Source of the DNA: Coriobacteriales bacterium OH1046
GTDB lineage: Bacteria; Actinomycetota; Coriobacteriia; Coriobacteriales; Atopobiaceae
Direction: 5' to 3'
NCBI GenBank assembly: GCA_004010535.1
Contig: RQYE01000009.1
Coordinates: 1 to 32,000 of the forward strand
Length of the DNA stretch: 32,000 bases
Under the pieces are notes generated by a model, which did not search any database, was not told the DNA's origin, and was given only the letters and a program-made list of their open reading frames with translations. A program made the translations under genes and the position numbers. Shown here piece by piece: positions 7,537 to 14,761 of the stretch. Position 1 is the first letter of the stretch. Each line of letters begins with the position of its first letter.

Positions 7537-8421
7537 TTACTCGGTGAGCACGGGGATATCGCTCGTGTAGGCGGCCAGCCACTGGTCGACGAGACCTTGG
7601 ACGGTACCGTCCTCGAGGATGGCGTCCATGGCCTCGGTCACGAATGGGGTGAGCGGGGAATCCTTGGCGAGGGTGATGCCCAGGCCCTCGGGATCCTCGG
7701 TACCGGGGATCTGGCCGACGACGACGCTGTTCTCGACCTGATCGGACTCGACCATGTAGACGCACTGAGGGGTGTCGGTGACGAGGGCGTCGGCCTGACC
7801 GCTGGAAACGGCTGCGGCAGCATCGGAGTTGTCGTTATAAACCTCGGGCTCGACCCCCAGGATGTCTTTGACGTAATCGAGGGCGGTGGTGCCCATCATG
7901 ACGCCGACGACAGCATCTGCGAAATCGGCGCAGGAGGTGGCATTGGCATATGCGCTGTCGGCCTTCACGATGATTGACTGGGTGGGGCGGAAGTATGCCG
8001 GCGAGAAATCGATGGCCTTCTTGCGGTCATCGTTGATGGAGACCTGCTGGATGTTGAGATCCCAATCGTGCTGACCGGGGGCATAGGCCTCTTCGAAGGT
8101 GGTGCGGACCCATGCGACATCCTCTGCGGCAAAGCCCATCTTATCGGCAAGCGCGTAGATGAGCGCGGCCTCGAAGCCCTCGCCGGACTCGGGGGCATCG
8201 TTCATGACCCACGGCTCCCACGCGGGATTGCCGGTGGCGACGGTGAGCTTGCCGGGCACGGAGGTGAGGGACTTGACGTCGTTGGGGTCGGTTGCGGGGG
8301 CGTCACCGCCGCCGGTATCGTTGCCGCCACCGTTGTTGCATGCGGCAAGGCCGGCCACGGCGAGCGCGGAAGCGCCGAGCGAGAGGAGCTGACGACGAGA
8401 TATGACGAACGCGGATTCCAT
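7537..8421 (-). CDS. Amino-acid ABC transporter substrate-binding lipoprotein (family 3 SBP) with Tat-like signal
   Basis: MESAFVISRRQLLSLGASALAVAGLAAC carries a twin-arginine-like motif plus a lipobox Cys, followed by a Gly/Asn/Asp-rich linker and an SBP_bac_3-like body. GGAAGGAA RBS upstream of ATG 8421. Confidence 0.85.
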   Translation of the reverse strand: MESAFVISRRQLLSLGASALAVAGLAACNNGGGNDTGGGDAPATDPNDVKSLTSVPGKLTVATGNPAWEPWVMNDAPESGEGFEAALIYALADKMGFAAEDVAWVRTTFEEAYAPGQHDWDLNIQQVSINDDRKKAIDFSPAYFRPTQSIIVKADSAYANATSCADFADAVVGVMMGTTALDYVKDILGVEPEVYNDNSDAAAAVSSGQADALVTDTPQCVYMVESDQVENSVVVGQIPGTEDPEGLGITLAKDSPLTPFVTEAMDAILEDGTVQGLVDQWLAAYTSDIPVLTE

Positions 8422-8646
8422 GCTGCAGTTCCTTCCATCCAAAATGCATGCGGTGCGCAACGTTGCGCCGTACGGGAAAACCACGGAGAATCATAGCACG
8501 CGACCTGCATATCTCCCAACCGCACGGGGAGGTTAATAGTATGGAAACCGGAATTATCTACAATGGATAGATCGGGCTTGCGGGATGCAGGGAGATGGAG
8601 GCGAGCCATCCACCGCCGCCCCCGCGCCGATAGCGCAAGGAGGACC

Positions 8647-9414
8647 ATGGGCAAGACCATCGCCATCGAATGCGCGCTGTCCAAAGAGGCCGCGCTCTTC
8701 TTCGAGCTGCCCGGAGAAGCCCCTGCGACCGAATACGGCATCGTGTGGGCCATGCGCGATCTGGACGGCACGCGTCTCGCTGTGGCTGTCGCGGGCATGG
8801 GCACCATCAACGCAGCCGCCACCGCCCAGTTCCTGATCGATCGCTTCGCTCCGGACGCGCTGATCTTCTCGGGCATAGCGGGCAGCCTGAACCCGCGCAT
8901 CGGCATGGGCGATGTGGTGGTGGGCAAGCGGCTCGAATGCCTCGAATCCGACATGGCCATCATCGCGGAATGCGCCCCGTATCTGGAGAGCTTCCCCACG
9001 GATGGGGGCCTTGTGCAAGCTGCCGAAGCCGAGCTCGATAGCCGCCGCTTCGAGCGTGCGCCTTCCCTGAGCGAAGCCGGTGCAGACGGGCACGCATCCG
9101 CATCCGGTACCCTCGAGGCCCACGCACCGCGCTACACGATCGGCGCCATCGCCACGAGCGATCTCTTCTCAACAGCGCCCGAAGACCTCGAGGAGCTGCG
9201 CCGCCGCTATGGCGCCGACTGCGAGGAGATGGAGGGCGCGGCTGCAGCTCAGATATGTGCGCGGTGCGGGGTGCCGTTCCTCGCCATCCGCTCGATCAGC
9301 AACGTGTGCGGAGAGGCCTACGGAGCCCTCGACGGCCGCCAAGCAGACCTCATCGCCACGGCACGCCTCGCCGCAGAGATCACCCTCGGTGTGGCGAAGC
9401 GGATAGCCACGTGA
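8647..9414 (+). CDS. mtnN: 5'-methylthioadenosine/S-adenosylhomocysteine nucleosidase (Pfs/MtnN)
   Basis: MGKTIAIECAL, GMGTINAAATAQFLIDRF, IFSGIAGSL, CEEMEGAAAAQIC and AIRSISN are the canonical MTAN motifs. AAGGAGG RBS at 8637-8643. The track start at 8563 is an upstream extension. Confidence 0.88.
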   Translation: MGKTIAIECALSKEAALFFELPGEAPATEYGIVWAMRDLDGTRLAVAVAGMGTINAAATAQFLIDRFAPDALIFSGIAGSLNPRIGMGDVVVGKRLECLESDMAIIAECAPYLESFPTDGGLVQAAEAELDSRRFERAPSLSEAGADGHASASGTLEAHAPRYTIGAIATSDLFSTAPEDLEELRRRYGADCEEMEGAAAAQICARCGVPFLAIRSISNVCGEAYGALDGRQADLIATARLAAEITLGVAKRIAT

Positions 9415-9449
9415 CAGAGACCCGCTCCCGGTTGCTTATCGCGCTCGCC

Positions 9450-10313
9450 TCACGGCCTCTCGAAGCGGACGCGCCAATCTACAGTCAGCGACTGATCGCG
9501 CTCGATCTCGGGTGCATGGGCCTTGATGAAGTTGTCGCAGGTATTGAAGCGAAGCATCTGGCGCTCGCCGGGTTGGATATCGCCCACGAGAAAGGCCTCG
9601 CGATCCTCGACATCCCCGAAGGTGCGGCCGTAGCGCCCCTCCCCCTCGTAGATAAGACGATCGCCGTCCATCACCGCCACATGGAAGAGATCCCCGTAGG
9701 CAAAGCCCGCCACCTGCTGGAATTCACGATTGCGGATGTTGATGCGCGCACTGCCATAAGGCACATCGAAGTTGTAGATACCGCCCTCAGCCCAGCCGGT
9801 GCCCAGATGCGGGACGATGTTGGTGAGGGCCAAGCGCACGACCTTCTCGACGGGATACGCAGGACCGACGCCCTCGAAATCGATCATGCCCGCCGCAAGC
9901 CTCCCAGCCGTGTAGGAGTACACATCGCGGCCGTGGAAGATGTGGACATCCTCGCTGCCGGGCAGGCGGTTCGCGTCCTCATCGATCTCGCGGACCTCAT
10001 CGATCTCGCCCAGCATCATCGTGAGCGTGCCGTTATCGGGCGTGACCACGTAGCTGCCATGAGCAAGGCGCGCCACGCAGCTCTTGCGGCTCGTGCCCAC
10101 TCCCGGATCGACCACCGAGACGAACACCGTTCCCGCCGGCCAATACGGAACGACGGTCGAAAGCTGATAGGCAGCTTGACGTATATTGTACGGTTCGATG
10201 TTGTGATCGAAATCGTAGACTCCCAGCTCGGGATCGATGCTTCTCACCACGCCCGCGAGCACCGCTCCTCCACCGCTGCCGAAATCGGTCATGAAGACAA
10301 CCGTCGGCCTCAT
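9450..10313 (-). CDS. DUF62 / SAM hydroxide adenosyltransferase family protein (fluorinase-chlorinase superfamily), paralogue 1
   Basis: MRPTVVFMTDFGSGGGAV, VSVVDPGVGTSRKS, VVTPDNGTL and IFHGRDVY. The start ATG (10311-10313) overlaps the stop of paralogue 2 as ATGA. The C-terminal barrel is more divergent than in the other two copies. Confidence 0.85.
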   Translation of the reverse strand: MRPTVVFMTDFGSGGGAVLAGVVRSIDPELGVYDFDHNIEPYNIRQAAYQLSTVVPYWPAGTVFVSVVDPGVGTSRKSCVARLAHGSYVVTPDNGTLTMMLGEIDEVREIDEDANRLPGSEDVHIFHGRDVYSYTAGRLAAGMIDFEGVGPAYPVEKVVRLALTNIVPHLGTGWAEGGIYNFDVPYGSARINIRNREFQQVAGFAYGDLFHVAVMDGDRLIYEGEGRYGRTFGDVEDREAFLVGDIQPGERQMLRFNTCDNFIKAHAPEIERDQSLTVDWRVRFERP

Positions 10314-11167
10314 CGGTCCGCCTTCCCAAACGAGACATGCCAGTCGCTGCCGAAACCAATGCCGTAGCGCTCGACGATGCTCTCCTGGTTCAGCGTGAAG
10401 GAGACGTTCATGAGCTCGTTGGTGTAGGCGAGCAGCTCGCCCCTGGCCACCTCGCCGAACGTACGGCAAAGCGGCATCCGGGCATCGAGCACGAGCTCGT
10501 CGCCGTGGCACACGCGCAGATGCAGCAGATCGCCGTATGCGATGCCCATCTCCTCGAAAAGCGCGAGCGGGATATTGGTCCACGCGTTCCCGAAGTTGGG
10601 ATCGATGATATCGACGATGCCCGTAAGCGCACCATCCTCCGCCGCCGGCTCCGCCATGGGCAGGCGCACGATCTCCTCCACGGGATATACGGGTCCAACC
10701 TCCTCCCAGCCGATGATGCCGCTCGCCAAACGCGCGGCGCAGTAGCCGAAGAGGTCGCGCCCATGGAAGACCGAGGTGCCGCGCGTATCGGGGTTGCGAT
10801 TCACCGTCTCATCGATCTCGCGCACCTCGACGATGCCGACATAACGCGCAAGATGCGTGAGGGTGCCGTTGTCGGGTGTCACCACGATGTGCCCGTCTGC
10901 GGTTTTGGCTGCACAGGCACGGCGCGGCGTGCCCACGCCCGGATCGACCACGCTCACATAGATGGTGCCCTGAGGCCAGAAGGGCAGGCTCTGGTAGAGG
11001 CGGTAGCTCGCGCTCCACGTATCGTAACGGGGGATCTGATGCGTGCCATCGAAGATCTCGAGCTCGCGGTCGACCGACTTGACCACACCGTACATCGAGC
11101 TCACGGCCCCTTCGGCATAGGTGAAGTCGGTCTGGAACACGAGGATGGGCTTGTCGCATGCGCTCAT
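10310..11167 (-). CDS. DUF62 / SAM hydroxide adenosyltransferase family protein, paralogue 2
   Basis: ILVFQTDFTYAEGAVSSMYGVV, VSVVDPGVGTPRRA, VVTPDNGTLTH, VFHGRDLF and IIDPNFGNAWTNI. Start chosen at ATG 11167 (GGAG 7 nt upstream). Confidence 0.87.
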   Translation of the reverse strand: MSACDKPILVFQTDFTYAEGAVSSMYGVVKSVDRELEIFDGTHQIPRYDTWSASYRLYQSLPFWPQGTIYVSVVDPGVGTPRRACAAKTADGHIVVTPDNGTLTHLARYVGIVEVREIDETVNRNPDTRGTSVFHGRDLFGYCAARLASGIIGWEEVGPVYPVEEIVRLPMAEPAAEDGALTGIVDIIDPNFGNAWTNIPLALFEEMGIAYGDLLHLRVCHGDELVLDARMPLCRTFGEVARGELLAYTNELMNVSFTLNQESIVERYGIGFGSDWHVSFGKADR

Positions 11168-11230
11168 AGGCAATCTCCAATCGATCGCGCCTTCCGCAAT
11201 CGAGAACATGCTACCAAAAACGCACAGCTG

Positions 11231-11731
11231 TCAATCCAGCAGATCCCCGCCCGTATCTAGGCTACGCATCCTCCGCAGCAGCTCAAGACCGCGAACATTG
11301 ATATCATCCTGTGAAATACCCTTGGCCTCCCGGATGCGCCCGATGGCATCCAGCACATCGAGCGAGTGGTATGGGGCGAACAGCTTGCGCAGGTCGCGTG
11401 CACTGACTTGCGTATACGCAACCTTGCTTGATATACCTGCGGAGATACACCATGCGCGGTACATGTAGCCCATCCAATAGAGTTCGTCAGCAGAGAAACG
11501 CGTAGAGCCGTAGGGGGAAGATCCGTACTCCGTCTCGACTTCCCTGACGATTTCCGCAGGAGACTCGGTTTCTCCTTGAATGCCCGCCACATCAAAGCGC
11601 CGTGCAACAGCGGAGTGCATGAACCTCCTGATGAATATCGCAGACCCGCTTGCAGTCTCCTCGCAAGATGCCTCGAACACCTGCGCTTGGAACAGGCAGG
11701 CCCTCCTATCTTCTTCGCTTAGGGTTCTCAT
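11231..11731 (-). CDS. Hypothetical 166-aa protein, translationally coupled partner of the HTH-DUF3990 protein (weakly DUF3791-like)
   Basis: Its ATG (11729-11731) overlaps the upstream stop as ATGA. The ORF is the only long one in this AT-richer stretch. The segment ELYWMGYMYRAWCISAGISSKVAYTQVSARDLRKLFAPYHSLDVLDAIGRI loosely recalls DUF3791, the usual neighbour of DUF3990. That family assignment is tentative. Confidence 0.55.
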   Translation of the reverse strand: MRTLSEEDRRACLFQAQVFEASCEETASGSAIFIRRFMHSAVARRFDVAGIQGETESPAEIVREVETEYGSSPYGSTRFSADELYWMGYMYRAWCISAGISSKVAYTQVSARDLRKLFAPYHSLDVLDAIGRIREAKGISQDDINVRGLELLRRMRSLDTGGDLLD

Positions 11732-12642
11732 GAGAACAGCTCATCCACATAGAAACCCTGTCCGCGAAACTGCCTGCGGGCGACCTTGACCTTATCTGAT
11801 CCGACTGCAGATTCCTCGGCGCGCGTCCTGAGCAGAAGCTCCTTCTCTGCCGGAGCGATATAGCAGTGCTCAAGTCCCTCGAGCTGTGAAAGGGCCTTGC
11901 CGCTCCTCAAAACATATTGACGACCGAGATTTGTCGCGGCAAGGCAATGCTGGCACTGCGCATCGGTAATCTCCCCATCGATGAAGCTGTCAATAAGAGC
12001 GAACATGCGGTTATCGGCAATCGGAGCGACTGCGTAATCGGATCCTTCAAGCCGTTCGCGCAGCGATAGAATCTGCTTGTGGCCGGCATAGCGGCTGAGC
12101 TTCCCCCGATACCACGCGACAGTGAGCATCCAATCTTGGTCGACCACATAGTCGGCACGCGTGAGTCCCCGAGAATCGAACCCGAAAAGATACACCGACG
12201 AAGATGGGTAGCCCGCCACGAACATAACCGATTGCGCATAGGTCTCCCCGCAATAGAATCCCATCCCGAGATCATTGCTCGACTTCGATCTGTCAAGAGA
12301 CACCGAACCATCGATATCGTTCTTGGCACCATGGAAAATAAGCACCCTGCCCGACGCTTCAGCCTGCTCTTGATGAAGCTGGGATTTGATCTCGTTCAGG
12401 CGGATACCCTGCCGGTAGACATAATCGTAGAGGCCGTTCTGGGAAGTCGCAGATGGCTTTGAAGCACCGCTTCTCCAGCGATGAAGGGTTGCCTCATCGA
12501 CACCTGCGGCCCGCGCAAGATCTTTGAAGCTGATACCGAGAAGCTCTTTGGCAAGCTCAATGTCCTGATCAATGGTATAGTCCACGCGCCCACCAAACTT
12601 ACTACTTGCATTTGCAAGTAGTAAGTTTATCAGAATCATCAT
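11728..12642 (-). CDS. XRE-type HTH domain fused to a DUF3990 domain
   Basis: The N-terminal HTH is LAKELLGISFKDLARAAGVDEATLHRWRSG. The body matches the DUF3990 pattern as I recall it: VLIFHGAKN, DLGMGFYCGETYAQS, VYLFGFD, WMLTVAWYRG, SDYAVAPIADN, GRQYVLRSGKALSQL. The start is ambiguous: ATG 12642 puts the 34-bp palindrome inside the codons, whereas in-frame GTG 12585 leaves the palindrome upstream. Confidence 0.7.
   Translation of the reverse strand: MMILINLLLANASSKFGGRVDYTIDQDIELAKELLGISFKDLARAAGVDEATLHRWRSGASKPSATSQNGLYDYVYRQGIRLNEIKSQLHQEQAEASGRVLIFHGAKNDIDGSVSLDRSKSSNDLGMGFYCGETYAQSVMFVAGYPSSSVYLFGFDSRGLTRADYVVDQDWMLTVAWYRGKLSRYAGHKQILSLRERLEGSDYAVAPIADNRMFALIDSFIDGEITDAQCQHCLAATNLGRQYVLRSGKALSQLEGLEHCYIAPAEKELLLRTRAEESAVGSDKVKVARRQFRGQGFYVDELFS
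12595..12628. promoter_or_regulatory. 34-bp palindrome (16+2+16), candidate operator of the HTH-DUF3990 module
   Basis: AAACTTACTACTTGCA-TT-TGCAAGTAGTAAGTTT, checked base by base. It lies 38 nt downstream of the DUF62 paralogue 3 stop, at or just upstream of the HTH gene start. It is AT-rich and has no U-tail on the minus strand. Confidence 0.45.
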
Positions 12643-12665
12643 AGAAATGACAAGCCGGTCCGGCT

Positions 12666-13523
12666 CTACTCGTACACCAATCTCGGCGCCTTGCGCAGGC
12701 TGATCTTCCAGTTGACACCCGTGCCGATACCGTAGGCGGCCGCGAAGCTACCTTGATTGATGGCCACCGCCATGCAATCCAAGCTGTTCGCATACACGAG
12801 CGGCTCGCCCACGTACACATCGGCGAAGCTGCGCGCGAAGGCGAGGAAATTCTTGTAGAGCATGCGCGTGCCATTCTCGATGGTCACCTCGACGCGCTGC
12901 CCGTAGCCCACACCCAGCCGCTCGAACTCCTTTCTGGGGATGTTGGTCCAGAGGCTTCCGAAACGCACGTCGAGCACATCAATGGTGCCGTGCACGCTCT
13001 CCCCGTCGAACGAGGCCTCGATGACCGGCAGCTCCACGACATGCTCGGCATCGGCCTCGGGCCCCACCCCCTCGAAATCGATGACGCCCGCAGCGAGACG
13101 GGCACCCGTGTAGACATATACATCTCGACCGTAGAAGGTGTAGCTCTCGGAAGAACCCGCCAAGCGGTTGACGCTCTCATCGATGATACGCACGGCATCG
13201 AGGCCGACCATGCGCTTGATATGGGTAAGCGTGCCGTTATCGGGAGTGACGATGTAGCGGCCGTTCGAGGTCTGGGCGGCGATGGAACGGCGCTTGGTGC
13301 CCACGCCGGGATCGACCACGGAGACGAACACCGTTCCCTGCGGCCAGTAGCTCAGCGTCTGGATGAGGCGGTAGGATGCCTCCCAGATATCGTACTGCGG
13401 GATCTCGTGGGTGAGATCGCAGATGCGCAGGCTCGGCGAGACGCCCAGCGCCACACCGTACATCGCGCTCACGGCTCCGTCGGCAGTTCCGAAATCCGAT
13501 TGGAGCACCAGGGTTTGCGCCAT
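12666..13523 (-). CDS. DUF62 / SAM hydroxide adenosyltransferase family protein, paralogue 3 (His-to-Tyr change in the FHGRD motif)
   Basis: MAQTLVLQSDFGTADGAVSAMYGV, VSVVDPGVGTKRRS, IVTPDNGTLTH and LDVRFGSLWTNI are present, but the motif reads TFYGRDVY where the other two copies have FHGRD. It lies 9 bp downstream of the COG0523 gene. Confidence 0.87.
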   Translation of the reverse strand: MAQTLVLQSDFGTADGAVSAMYGVALGVSPSLRICDLTHEIPQYDIWEASYRLIQTLSYWPQGTVFVSVVDPGVGTKRRSIAAQTSNGRYIVTPDNGTLTHIKRMVGLDAVRIIDESVNRLAGSSESYTFYGRDVYVYTGARLAAGVIDFEGVGPEADAEHVVELPVIEASFDGESVHGTIDVLDVRFGSLWTNIPRKEFERLGVGYGQRVEVTIENGTRMLYKNFLAFARSFADVYVGEPLVYANSLDCMAVAINQGSFAAAYGIGTGVNWKISLRKAPRLVYE

Positions 13524-13532
13524 ATGCCCCCC

Positions 13533-14663
13533 CTACCTTTCGGGGTTCCAGTCGGCAAGGCAGGCATCGAGACCGGCCTCGAGCGCCGCACGATCCATGT
13601 GGCGTCCGATGACGACCAGCTTGGTCATGCGGTCTCCCAGAACGGGATCCCACTCGGTGAGGAGCTCGGGCTCGTTCTCGATGAGTGCGCGCAGCTCGTC
13701 CTCGGGAGCAGACGCCACGAACAGGCCGTTCTCCATAAGGCGCACCTGATGGCCGACCTGCTCGAAGAGATAGCTCATATCGGGATCCTGCACGGCCCAG
13801 ATCTGGCCCTTCGTGCGGATGACCTCGCGCGGCCACGTGCCCACGTAGTCTGCAAGGGCATCGATGTCGAAGGGACGGCGGCGCCGGTAGACGAAGGTGG
13901 CGATATCGTACTCGAGCACCTCGGGATCCTCATGCTCCTCGGGATGCTCCATCGCGTCGAGCCAGGCAGCGGACTCGTAGGCCGCGTTGAAGTCGAAGCG
14001 GCCGGTGTCGAGGATCTCATCCATGGGCACGTCGCACTGCGTGGCCTCCACGATGACCGCATCCTTCTGCAAGCTGCGGACAAGGGCCTTGAGCTCGTCG
14101 ATCTGCCCGGATGTCACGAGATCGGACTTGTTGAGGATGACCGTGGTGCAGAATTCGAGCTGCTGGACGAGCAGGGCCTCGATATCCTCGTCGTCGATAT
14201 CTTTGTCGAGAAGATCCCTGCCGCCATCGAACTCATCGAACATGCGGTCCGCATCGACCACGGCCACGATGTTGTCAAGTGCAAGGGGAGCGCCTTCCGT
14301 ATAGCGGCTCTCATCGCAGAACCGCGCGATGGTGTAGGCGATGGGGATGGGTTCGCAGATGCCCGAGGCCTCGATGACGATGTAGTCGAAATCACCCGAG
14401 TTGGCGATGCCATCGAGCTGGCGGGCAAGGTCGTCGGAGAGCGTGCAGCAGATGCAGCCGTTGGTCAGGGGGATGAGCTCGTCGGTTTGGGTGAGGCCGC
14501 CTTGTTTGATGAGGGCGGCATCGACGTTGACCTCGCCGATATCGTTCACGATGACCGCCGCGCGTATGCCCTCGTTGTTCGCGAGGATGTTGTTGAGGAG
14601 CGTGGTCTTTCCTGCACCGAGGTATCCGGTGATGAGCACGATCTTGACCTGTTTTTGCGGCAT
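13533..14663 (-). CDS. COG0523-family (CobW/ZigA/YeiR-like) GTPase metallochaperone
   Basis: Walker A GYLGAGKTTLLN, the metal-binding CxCC motif NGCICCTL, and IVIEASGICEPIPI, plus the C-terminal CobW_C-like region. Start chosen at ATG 14663 (GGGGGAGGG RBS). Confidence 0.88.
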   Translation of the reverse strand: MPQKQVKIVLITGYLGAGKTTLLNNILANNEGIRAAVIVNDIGEVNVDAALIKQGGLTQTDELIPLTNGCICCTLSDDLARQLDGIANSGDFDYIVIEASGICEPIPIAYTIARFCDESRYTEGAPLALDNIVAVVDADRMFDEFDGGRDLLDKDIDDEDIEALLVQQLEFCTTVILNKSDLVTSGQIDELKALVRSLQKDAVIVEATQCDVPMDEILDTGRFDFNAAYESAAWLDAMEHPEEHEDPEVLEYDIATFVYRRRRPFDIDALADYVGTWPREVIRTKGQIWAVQDPDMSYLFEQVGHQVRLMENGLFVASAPEDELRALIENEPELLTEWDPVLGDRMTKLVVIGRHMDRAALEAGLDACLADWNPER

Positions 14664-14761
14664 AGCCCTCCCCCATCTGCTTACGCGGCAGTGTTTCAAC
14701 CCGTATAGTGTACCTACTCCAAGCGTCCCATGGACCAGACGTCGAGACTCCTGAGAAAAGC

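Noticed and set aside
9255-11260. 370-aa and 307-aa plus-strand ORFs antisense to DUF62 paralogues 1 and 2
   Set aside because: Same reasoning: these are antisense to motif-rich genes, with Arg/Asp/His-rich nonsense translations.
12753-14708. 651-aa plus-strand ORF antisense to DUF62 paralogue 3 and the COG0523 GTPase
   Set aside because: Both minus-strand genes have strong family motifs and proper RBSs. The plus-strand translation has no motifs and is a GC-driven artefact.
14664-14761. Looked for a Zur/Fur-type box upstream of the COG0523 GTPase
   Set aside because: No AT-rich palindrome is visible in the roughly 100-bp upstream region, so zinc regulation cannot be claimed from this sequence.
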